In this document: one piece after another, positions 25,526-32,556 of the stretch | How positions within the stretch are numbered: the stretch's first letter is position 1 | How the letters are laid out: each line of letters starts with the position of its first letter | Assembly (NCBI GenBank): GCA_019309945.1 | Contig: JAFDFH010000001.1 | Span: forward strand, 1 to 33,112 | Reading direction: 5' to 3' | DNA: 33,112 nt | Origin: Deltaproteobacteria bacterium | Lineage (GTDB): Bacteria > Desulfobacterota > Desulfobacteria > Desulfobacterales > JAFDFH01 | The notes under the pieces: generated by a model | Databases searched by the model: none | Told to the model about the DNA's origin: nothing | What the model saw: only the letters and a program-made list of their open reading frames with translations | Position numbers and translations under genes: made by a program

Positions 25526-25571
25526 AATAGTTTCCAAGTGGAAACAAGCTTGTTTCCACTTGGAAACTATT
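25526..25571. promoter_or_regulatory. Perfect 46-bp palindrome made of two 16-bp inverted repeats, GTTTCCA-n2-TGGAAAC; candidate enhancer (UAS) for an NtrC-type activator
   Basis: AATAGTTTCCAAGTGGAAACAAGCTTGTTTCCACTTGGAAACTATT, verified base by base. The sub-sites are centred 22 bp apart and lie 125-170 bp upstream of the sigma54 -24 element across an AT-rich spacer. The palindrome itself is certain; the UAS role is inference. Confidence 0.45.
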
Positions 25572-25707
25572 TATGTCTAAAAGCAAAGCCGGTAATCAAA
25601 AAAAACCACTACTAGCCTTCAGGGATAGAAGATATAACAAATAATCAGACTTGAGTTTCAGCAAAATTCAGGCCAAGCTGCAGAAAAATTGCCGCAAAAT
25701 GCACACT

Positions 25708-25846
25708 GAGACCTTTGAAAAATGGTAATTTTTTTTCGCATTCAAGGAAGGCGATCAAATTTTAAATCAGGTTCAACCACAGGAATATATTGAATATTTC
25801 GAGGATTGAAAAAAATTACCGGATGGCGTAGCGGGCCTACCGGAAC
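25708..25846 (+). repeat. Chimeric family-2 repeat, copy D: left two thirds of family 2 joined to the terminator-type right module
   Basis: 25708-25812 aligns with 21940-22043 (copy C) with about 5 substitutions. From 25806 it instead matches the module at 120-172. There is no right-hand TIR. Confidence 0.6.
25809..25843 (-). terminator. Intrinsic terminator of the HK / NtrC-type regulator operon (carried by the repeat module)
   Basis: The minus strand reads CCGGUAGGC-ccgcuac-GCCAUCCGG (4 + 3 bp stem with an internal loop) followed by UAAUUUUUUU. It begins 4 nt after the TAA at 25847-25849. Confidence 0.5.
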
Positions 25847-27226
25847 TTATTGAGAAGTTACTTGGATGCTATGCTTTCTTATTTTCTTGTTAAAGCCGCT
25901 TCTTCCGATTCCGAGTAATTCGGCTGCATTGGACTGGACATTGTTGGTCAACTGTAAGGCCCTTTCAATCATTTTTTTTTCAATTTTGTTAAGGGTTTCA
26001 TGTAATTTTGCATTTACAGGTATCCCGTCAAGGTGATGGGTATCGTAAACATTGTCCTTAAAATCCTTGGGAAGGTCAGAAACCGTTATGATTTCTCCGG
26101 GACACAGAATTATGGCCCTTTCAATAACATTTTCGAGTTCACGAACATTTCCGGGCCATCTGTAATCATAGAAAAGACGTTCAACCTCTGGATCCACATC
26201 CACTATCGGGATGTCGGATCTTCGTTCATCTCTATATTTTTTTATAAAATGATCAATGAGCACGTGGATGTCCTCTATACGTTCCCTTAACGGCGGTAAA
26301 ACGATGGACAACACATTCAGCCGATAAAAAAGATCTTCCCTGAATCGTCCTGCCTGGATCTCCTCCTTTAACCTTTTGTTCGTGGCAGTAATAATGCGGA
26401 TATCGACAGAGATCGATTTAACTCCGCCGACCCTTTCGAAAACCTTTTCCTGGAGAATTCGCAGAAGCTTTACCTGGAGGTTTTGTGAAAGATCACCGAT
26501 TTCATCAAGAAATAGCGTTCCACCGTCAGCCAGTTCAAAGCGTCCTTTTTTCATGGCCATTGCGCCCGTAAACGACCCTTTTTCATGGCCGAAGAGTTCG
26601 CTTTCAAGAAGATTCTCCGAAAGCGCGCTGCAGTTCACCGCAACGAAGGCTTTAGCGCGTCTTGAGCTGTTAAAATGGATTGATTTCGCAACAAGCTCCT
26701 TGCCCGTGCCATTTTCGCCTTCGAGGATTACCGTTGCCGTGGTGGGCGCAACTTGCCGGATGGTTTTGAAAACCTCCTGCATTTCTTTACTTTTTCCGAT
26801 AATGTTTCCAAAACCGAATCGGGATTCCATAGCCGAGCGAAGCTCTCTGTTTTCCTTGACCATTCGATACATTTCAAGGGCCTTGTTCACATAAATAACC
26901 AACCGCTCGTTGTCGAAAGGTTTAAGGATATAGTTGTAAGCCCCTTTCTGCATCGCCTCGACTGCTTTTTCGACGGTACCGTATGCCGTCATCATAATGA
27001 TGGGAAGTTTCGGATCTTTCATTTTTACTTTTTCAAGCAGCTCAATGCCGTCCATTACGGGCATTTTCATGTCTGTAAGCACCAGGTCGACATCGGAATT
27101 TTCCAATATTTGAAGGGCTTCTGGCCCGCTGTTGGCCGTAAAGGTTTCAAAGCCCTCTTCTTTCAAAACCGCACTTAATATCGGCGGATAATTTTTTTCA
27201 TCATCGACAATTAAAATTGTCTCCAT
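25847..27226 (-). CDS. Sigma54-dependent response regulator (NtrC family: REC + AAA+ + Fis-type HTH)
   Basis: REC domain with DD...D...K pattern (ILIVDDE, LVLTDMKMP), Walker A GENGTGKE, GAFTGA-type loop GSFTGA, ESELFGHEKG, and C-terminal HTH AAELLGIGRSGFNKKIRK. Confidence 0.9.
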   Translation of the reverse strand: METILIVDDEKNYPPILSAVLKEEGFETFTANSGPEALQILENSDVDLVLTDMKMPVMDGIELLEKVKMKDPKLPIIMMTAYGTVEKAVEAMQKGAYNYILKPFDNERLVIYVNKALEMYRMVKENRELRSAMESRFGFGNIIGKSKEMQEVFKTIRQVAPTTATVILEGENGTGKELVAKSIHFNSSRRAKAFVAVNCSALSENLLESELFGHEKGSFTGAMAMKKGRFELADGGTLFLDEIGDLSQNLQVKLLRILQEKVFERVGGVKSISVDIRIITATNKRLKEEIQAGRFREDLFYRLNVLSIVLPPLRERIEDIHVLIDHFIKKYRDERRSDIPIVDVDPEVERLFYDYRWPGNVRELENVIERAIILCPGEIITVSDLPKDFKDNVYDTHHLDGIPVNAKLHETLNKIEKKMIERALQLTNNVQSNAAELLGIGRSGFNKKIRKHSIQVTSQ

Positions 27227-27228
27227 AT

Positions 27229-28656
27229 TTATACTCCCGGGTCTATCGGTATTTTGATGGCGACGTGAGCACCGCCATCCGGTCTATTGTCAATCGATAT
27301 GCTGCCGTAATGGGACTCGATAATATTTTTTACGATCCCGAGGCCCAGCCCGGTTCCTTTACCCTTGGTCGTAAAAAATGGATCCCATATCTTTTCCATA
27401 ATATCTTCCGCAATACCTTCCCCTTCATCTTGAAAACATATCGTTACGTTATTCCTATTTTCATCCGATGTGATTTCGACCCGGATCTTTCCACCCGCCG
27501 GCATCGCCTGCATGGCATTGATCAGGATATTAAGAAAAGCCTGATACAGCATATCAGAATCAGCCATTATTTCAGGGAGGTTATTCCCATAATGTTTCTC
27601 AATCCGATAATCCTGTTCCCTCAACTGTGAATCAAGATATATGATATTTTTTTCAACAACGTCCGTAACATTGCAGGGGAGAAAGTTCGGAATTTTTGGT
27701 TTCGCAAAATTTAAAAAATCGGTTATAATATAATTAAGTCGACCTGCTTCTTCAACGATAATATCGGGAATAGGGTTTGAATGATCAAGGCTGGACATTT
27801 TTTTCTTTAACAGTTCGGCTGAACTTTGGATGATGCCTAGAGGATTTCGTATCTCATGGGAAATCCCGGCAACCATCTCGCCCAAAGTAGACAAGTGCTC
27901 GGCGCGACTGAGCTGCTCTTTGAGTCTGAGTCTTTCCAAAGCCCGTTTTTGAAAGACGCCTTCACCTCTTTTCACCACCAGAAGAAGAACTAGAAAAAGA
28001 GCACTCATGATCAAGGCACAGGTCGTAATAATATGGACTTGAAAGCTAAAAATGCTCTTATCGTCTTCTGACAGATTCTGTACAAGTTCAACCACTCCAA
28101 GCACCGGACCCGAAATCCTGGAAAGCGGCTTTTCAGCGCGCAGGGGCGCAAATGTAATCAACATGCTTTCTTTTGGAAATCCGAGCAACATTTCCCAAAA
28201 ATTGCCTCTTTGAACCAACTGTGACGTGGATTTTCCTGCAAGTGCGTTCTGAAAGCCCGTACCCCCTAAATCCTTTTGGCCGATGAGCGATGGATCAAAG
28301 CTATAGGAAATGATGTTATTCTTATCGTAGATGTTTACCATATCTAATTTGAAGCTATGAAGCGTGGTTCGAACCACCTTGTCCATGTGTTCAAACTGGT
28401 CTTTATTGCGGAGTTGTATCTTGCCAAATTTTAAAGCGACCGGAATGACGAACTTCAAAAAAATCTGATGGTTAAGGTTTTCTACCAGCAAGCGGGCATA
28501 GTCTTCACTTTTCCTGAGTTGCAAATCCCTGGCCCAACGCGTGTTCAGTAAGGAGAGTGCAATCGTTCCAATAAAAATGATCACAAGGCTTGTAAAGGTG
28601 AAGTATTTAACGAGCCTGAACGGTTTTACTTTTTCTTCGGAAGATCGGGGTTTCAT
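27229..28656 (-). CDS. Sensor histidine kinase (two TM helices flanking a periplasmic-type sensor, HisKA, HATPase_c)
   Basis: H-box ISHEIRNPL and G-boxes DEGEGI / GTGLGLG. I chose the start at the ATG at 28656 (MKPRSSEEK...), which is preceded by AAGGA. The ORF-track start at 28680 is a GTG without an SD. The stop lies 2 nt from the regulator start. Confidence 0.85.
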   Translation of the reverse strand: MKPRSSEEKVKPFRLVKYFTFTSLVIIFIGTIALSLLNTRWARDLQLRKSEDYARLLVENLNHQIFLKFVIPVALKFGKIQLRNKDQFEHMDKVVRTTLHSFKLDMVNIYDKNNIISYSFDPSLIGQKDLGGTGFQNALAGKSTSQLVQRGNFWEMLLGFPKESMLITFAPLRAEKPLSRISGPVLGVVELVQNLSEDDKSIFSFQVHIITTCALIMSALFLVLLLVVKRGEGVFQKRALERLRLKEQLSRAEHLSTLGEMVAGISHEIRNPLGIIQSSAELLKKKMSSLDHSNPIPDIIVEEAGRLNYIITDFLNFAKPKIPNFLPCNVTDVVEKNIIYLDSQLREQDYRIEKHYGNNLPEIMADSDMLYQAFLNILINAMQAMPAGGKIRVEITSDENRNNVTICFQDEGEGIAEDIMEKIWDPFFTTKGKGTGLGLGIVKNIIESHYGSISIDNRPDGGAHVAIKIPIDPGV

Positions 28657-28683
28657 ATCCTTTATCACCAGCAAGATCACTAA

Positions 28684-28745
28684 GGGAGCATTACCGATTT
28701 GTTAATAATCGCATCAGAATCTGATCGGGATGATCTATTTCTTCC
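28684..28745 (-). repeat. 60-nt conserved element in the leader of the HK operon; paralog of 17337-17397
   Basis: See 17337-17397. It has the same orientation relative to the downstream gene in both loci and ends 28 nt upstream of the HK start codon. Confidence 0.6.
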
Positions 28746-28790
28746 TGTTATACCCGAACCCTGCAGATGGGACGTTATTATTTTTTAAAT

Positions 28791-28819
28791 CATATATGGA
28801 AACTAACGTTTTAAGTCAA
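28791..28819 (-). promoter_or_regulatory. Sigma70-like promoter candidate for the HK / regulator operon
   Basis: The minus strand reads TTGACT, 17 nt spacer, TATATG. The spacer contains a GTTTCCA heptamer identical to the half-site of the 25526-25571 palindrome. Confidence 0.35.
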
Positions 28820-29044
28820 GGTAAAGCTTTATTATCATTGCGATGATGTTATCTGGCGCCATTCGACATGACCCCAAAAAATGGGCCGACAAAAATGTAG
28901 GTCCCCTTCAAATTTGTTATTCATATGTTGATTTTTACCCATTTAAATTTTCTGGATGATCAAATATCTTTGGTTCCAAAATAAATTGATATTTCAAAAG
29001 GATAGCACTGTTCTCGCCTAACATGAGTGATCCATTGGTACGAT

Positions 29045-29060
29045 TGGCATCCTTCTTGCT
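29045..29060 (+). promoter_or_regulatory. Second sigma54 (-24/-12) promoter candidate
   Basis: TGGCAT-CCTTC-TTGCT with exact consensus spacing. It lies in the 685-bp divergent region between the HK operon and the XRE-pilM operon. Confidence 0.4.
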
Positions 29061-29070
29061 GCGATGCAGT

Positions 29071-29140
29071 AACGACAATCAATATTGATTTGAGCATCAC
29101 GCCTTGATTGATGGGATTTTATCCAGGTTCGTGCTCTTTT
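29071..29140 (+). ncRNA. Possible short sigma54-driven transcript, or attenuated leader (weak prediction)
   Basis: Predicted start at about 29071. An AAUCAAUAUUGAUU hairpin is followed by an imperfect long hairpin, GAGCAU...CCUUGAU-loop-AUCCAGG...GUGCUC, and then UUUU (29137-29140). Confidence 0.25.
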
Positions 29141-29190
29141 AATATACCATATACAATATGCAGGAAATGTACTAAACTTGCCACAATATA

Positions 29191-29232
29191 GTGTAATTTA
29201 ATATAATTTAAGTATAATTAAGTATAATTTTC
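29191..29232 (+). repeat. Four tandem 10-11 bp AT-rich units (TGTAATTTAA / TATAATTTAAG / TATAATTAAG / TATAATTTTC) abutting the -35 element
   Basis: Read directly. The helical-phase periodicity suggests curved DNA, an UP-like element or iterated binding sites. Confidence 0.5.
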
Positions 29233-29261
29233 TTGACAAGGTAGAATTGTCAAAACATAAT
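29233..29261 (+). promoter_or_regulatory. Sigma70 promoter with overlapping inverted-repeat operator, upstream of the XRE-pilMNOPQ operon
   Basis: TTGACA (29233-29238), 17 nt spacer, CATAAT (29256-29261). The inverted repeat TTGACAA-n7-TTGTCAA (29233-29253) covers the -35 and the spacer. Confidence 0.55.
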
Positions 29262-29365
29262 GTGAGTCAACTATAAGACCAATTCAGTTCAAGTTAGAAG
29301 AATTCTTCTAAACAGATTGAAGGCTTGATCCAATCATTATTGTATGGCAGGTGGAAGATTAATTT

Positions 29366-29563
29366 ATGAGTAAAAATTCTTTAAAAAAAATTAGAGAATC
29401 TCTTCTTATGAGCAAAACCGAACTTTCAAGAAAGGCAAACGTCTCTCCTGTGACGATCGGGCGCATTGAAAACGGTATGCCGTGCCGAATGGAAACCAAG
29501 CGAAAAATCATTTTAGCCTTGGGATACAGCCTTGCTGATAAAAACAAAATATTTAGTGAATAA
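29366..29563 (+). CDS. XRE-family helix-turn-helix transcriptional regulator (65 aa)
   Basis: HTH_3-type sequence LLMSKTELSRKANVSPVTIGRIENG. It ends 8 nt before pilM. Confidence 0.8.
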   Translation: MSKNSLKKIRESLLMSKTELSRKANVSPVTIGRIENGMPCRMETKRKIILALGYSLADKNKIFSE

Positions 29564-29571
29564 AAAATATC

Positions 29572-30627
29572 ATGATTTTTACAAAAAAAAATGATCTGGT
29601 AGGTCTGGACATAGGCTCGCGAACGTTAAAAGTCGCAGAGGTTAAAGAAACAAAAGCAGGGCCAAGTCTTAAAAGTTTTGCGATGCTGGATATTCCACCA
29701 GGGTTAGTTGAGGAAGGAAACATCAGGGACCCCGAAGAACTCGCGAATTCCATCCGTCAGCTTTTTAAAACCAATAATATTAAAGAACAGAATGTTGCCA
29801 TTTCGACCGGCGGCTTATCAGTTATTGTTAAAAAGATTGATGTCCAGACCATGGAAGAAGATCAGCTTCAAGAGACAATTAGTTTAGAAGCTGAGCAATA
29901 CATTCCGTTTGACATTAGTGATGTGAACCTCGATTTCCAAATACTCGGTGAAAGCGAGCACAATCCCAATCAGATGAGTGTACTTCTCGTTGCAGTCAAA
30001 AAAGAAACCGTTAGCGACTACATCGCGCTTGCGGACCGGGCCGGGCTTAATCCCTGTGTAATGGATGTGGACGCTTTTGCTTTGCAAAGCATTTATGAAA
30101 TGAATTATGACTCCACAGATGAAAATATCGCCTTGATTGACATTGGAGCCAGTAAGACATCACTGAACATCCTTAAACAAGATACTTCCGTATTCATGCG
30201 GGACGTTTCTTTGGGATGTGGAGAGATAAACCAAAAAATTGTTTCACTTATTGATTGTTCTTTAGAGGAATCCGAAAAAATCAAATTCAGCAACGAAACG
30301 GACAAAATCTCGGCTGATGATTTAAGAGAAATTGTGACATCGGTGATCGGAGCCTGGTGCTCTGAAATAAGACGCGCGATTGACTTCTTTTATTCATCAT
30401 ATCCGGATGATCACATCGAAAAGATCATTCTTAGCGGCGGAGGGGGAAACATTCAGGGGTTCCGCCAACTTCTGGCGACCGAAACATCAGCGGAAGTGGA
30501 AATGATTAATCCTTTTGGCAACTTCAATATAGACACGAATCGCTTTGAGTCATCTTATCTTGAGCGCGTGGCACCCCAGGCCGCAATCTGTATGGGCCTT
30601 GCTATCAGAAAAATTGGTGACAAATGA
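29572..30627 (+). CDS. pilM: Type IV pilus assembly protein PilM (actin-like ATPase fold)
   Basis: N-terminus LVGLDIGSRTLKVAEV, later IDIGASKT and ILSGGG motifs. It is followed by pilNOPQ. Confidence 0.9.
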   Translation: MIFTKKNDLVGLDIGSRTLKVAEVKETKAGPSLKSFAMLDIPPGLVEEGNIRDPEELANSIRQLFKTNNIKEQNVAISTGGLSVIVKKIDVQTMEEDQLQETISLEAEQYIPFDISDVNLDFQILGESEHNPNQMSVLLVAVKKETVSDYIALADRAGLNPCVMDVDAFALQSIYEMNYDSTDENIALIDIGASKTSLNILKQDTSVFMRDVSLGCGEINQKIVSLIDCSLEESEKIKFSNETDKISADDLREIVTSVIGAWCSEIRRAIDFFYSSYPDDHIEKIILSGGGGNIQGFRQLLATETSAEVEMINPFGNFNIDTNRFESSYLERVAPQAAICMGLAIRKIGDK

Positions 30628-31217
30628 TACGAATCAATCTACTACCCTTTCGTGTATCACGAAAAAAAGAAAACATACGGCGCCAGATCGTTATCTATAT
30701 TTCTTCTGTTATTCTGGCTGCCCTGGTCCTGGTGTATTACAATGGCAGCTTGAACAGAAAGATTCAGGATCTGAATACCGGGGTGGAAAAAACCAAAAAA
30801 GAGCTGGCGACGTATCAAGCAAAAATAAATGAAATTGAAAAAATCAAAAGAGAACTTGATATCCTGAATAAAAAGATTGCAGTCATAAAAAAGCTCCAGG
30901 CGAGCCGGAGAGGGGCGGTTCATCTGCTTGACAGCATGGGGCGGATGGTGATCGCCAAACGAATGTGGTTCACCAATTTTCAAGAAAAAGGAATGGACCT
31001 CATCATCAATGGGATTGCCGTAGACAATAAGACCATCGCCGATTTTATGACGCGACTCGAAGGATCCTATGCCAATGTGAATTTAACTAATATAAAACAA
31101 ATAAAAAGAAAAAATATATACCTTAAAAGTTTTCAAATCACGTGTAGAAAATCGACATCGAAAAAAGCTGCTAAAAGTGGGCCGTCGACACCCAAACCGA
31201 CTCGTTCAAAGACATAA
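30624..31217 (+). CDS. pilN: Type IV pilus assembly protein PilN
   Basis: Canonical MIRINLLPFR N-terminus, a single TM and a coiled coil. It overlaps pilM by 4 nt (ATGA). Confidence 0.85.
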   Translation: MIRINLLPFRVSRKKENIRRQIVIYISSVILAALVLVYYNGSLNRKIQDLNTGVEKTKKELATYQAKINEIEKIKRELDILNKKIAVIKKLQASRRGAVHLLDSMGRMVIAKRMWFTNFQEKGMDLIINGIAVDNKTIADFMTRLEGSYANVNLTNIKQIKRKNIYLKSFQITCRKSTSKKAAKSGPSTPKPTRSKT

Positions 31218-31231
31218 GGTGCAAATAAACA

Positions 31232-31846
31232 ATGAAAAAGCTCACCATCTCATTAGAAGCACTGGGTCCTTTCTTCGACAAAATCGGGAAACTATCACAG
31301 CTTCAAAGGATCCTCATATTTTGCGCAACTTTAATGATCCTCATTGGATCCTTTGTCTACTTTGCCTATCTTCCTAAATTTAAAAAAGTTAACGAATTAC
31401 AGACGGAATATAAACAGGTCAAACAGCAATTGGTTTTGGCAAAACAAAAAGCCAGCCAACTGGAAAGATATCGAAAAGAATATGCCAAGGCCGAAAATAA
31501 ATTCAAGATTGTCCGAAAATCTCTTCCCGAAAAAAAAGAGATACCGGATTTACTGGCAAGCGTTTCGCGATCCGGTCAGGAAGCCGGTTTGGATTTTTTA
31601 CTGTTTCAACCCCAAGCTGAAGTAATGAAAGAATTTTATTCTGTAATTCCGGTAAACATTCGGGTAGAGGGTACCTATCAAGAATTTGAAACTTTCTTTG
31701 ATAACGTTTCGAAGCTACCCCGAATCGTCAATATCAACAATATAAAAATAACGCCAAAGAAGGATGGTGCGCTCATCACTTCATGCCGGGCCGTCACTTA
31801 CCGGTTTCTTGAAGCCAAAGGACAAAAACAGGAAAAGAAAAAGTAA
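31232..31846 (+). CDS. pilO: Type IV pilus assembly protein PilO
   Basis: Single TM, a coiled coil, then a ferredoxin-like domain (IPVNIRVEGTYQEFETFFDNVSKLPRIVNINNIKI). It occupies the expected position between pilN and pilP. Confidence 0.85.
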   Translation: MKKLTISLEALGPFFDKIGKLSQLQRILIFCATLMILIGSFVYFAYLPKFKKVNELQTEYKQVKQQLVLAKQKASQLERYRKEYAKAENKFKIVRKSLPEKKEIPDLLASVSRSGQEAGLDFLLFQPQAEVMKEFYSVIPVNIRVEGTYQEFETFFDNVSKLPRIVNINNIKITPKKDGALITSCRAVTYRFLEAKGQKQEKKK

Positions 31847-31849
31847 ATC

Positions 31850-32554
31850 ATGACTAAATCTTTTGCCATATTCCGCAGCATCGCTTGTTTGATATGCTTG
31901 TTTTTTCTTTTGGGGGGTTGTGAAAAACAGGCTGAATCAACTAAAAAACTTCAGGCCGTCAGAAAAAAGATCGTTATTCAAAAAAATGAGGTGCAGCAAC
32001 CCCAGACAGCCAAACCAAGGCCGTCAGAACCGGTCCAAGCGGTATCTGAACCTGTTGCAGATATTGCCAAGACGGCGAAGCCGGTAACCGAACCAAAAGC
32101 AACCGATGAAGATAAAATACCTTTGGAATCAAAAGAACTAGCTGCCGTTGACTTGAAAAAGCCAGAAAAAGCTGAAGAAGAAGAAGAAACGGACAAGATT
32201 GATCCATTTGCCCCCTTGTTTAAAGATGAACCGGTTAAGAAAGCAAGGAGGGGGGTTGAAAAAAAAGTAACCAAAAAGCGAATTCCGCTTACGCCTCTTG
32301 AGAAAATCGACTTGAGCCAGCTGAAACTTGTCGGAGTAATCCGTGCACCAAGCGGGAACAAGGCTCTTGTCGAAGAAGCTTCCGGAAAGGGATATATCGT
32401 TGCCCAAGGAACATACATCGGCCTCCACTCCGGCCGGATCCTGGAAATATTAAGTGACAGGATCATTGTCGAAGAGGAGATTGAAGATATCTTGGGCAAG
32501 GTAACGATCGATAGAAAAGAACTAAAAATTCAGAAACCTCCTGGAGAATTCTAA
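31850..32554 (+). CDS. pilP: Type IV pilus assembly lipoprotein PilP with long Pro/Glu/Lys-rich linker
   Basis: Lipobox FLLGGC and a C-terminal PilP beta-domain (LKLVGVIRAPSGNKALVE...YIVAQGTYIG...GRILEI). Confidence 0.8.
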   Translation: MTKSFAIFRSIACLICLFFLLGGCEKQAESTKKLQAVRKKIVIQKNEVQQPQTAKPRPSEPVQAVSEPVADIAKTAKPVTEPKATDEDKIPLESKELAAVDLKKPEKAEEEEETDKIDPFAPLFKDEPVKKARRGVEKKVTKKRIPLTPLEKIDLSQLKLVGVIRAPSGNKALVEEASGKGYIVAQGTYIGLHSGRILEILSDRIIVEEEIEDILGKVTIDRKELKIQKPPGEF

Positions 32555-32556
32555 TA

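Noticed and set aside
25373-25615. 80-aa ORF in the AT-rich island
   Set aside because: It has a non-ATG start and an extreme Ile/Phe/Asn/Tyr composition driven by AT content. It runs through the 46-bp palindrome and the sigma54 promoter, so the regulatory-DNA interpretation fits better.
28657-28680. GTG start at 28680 for the histidine kinase
   Set aside because: It has no SD and would place the conserved 60-nt element directly against the start codon. The ATG at 28656 has an AAGGA SD.
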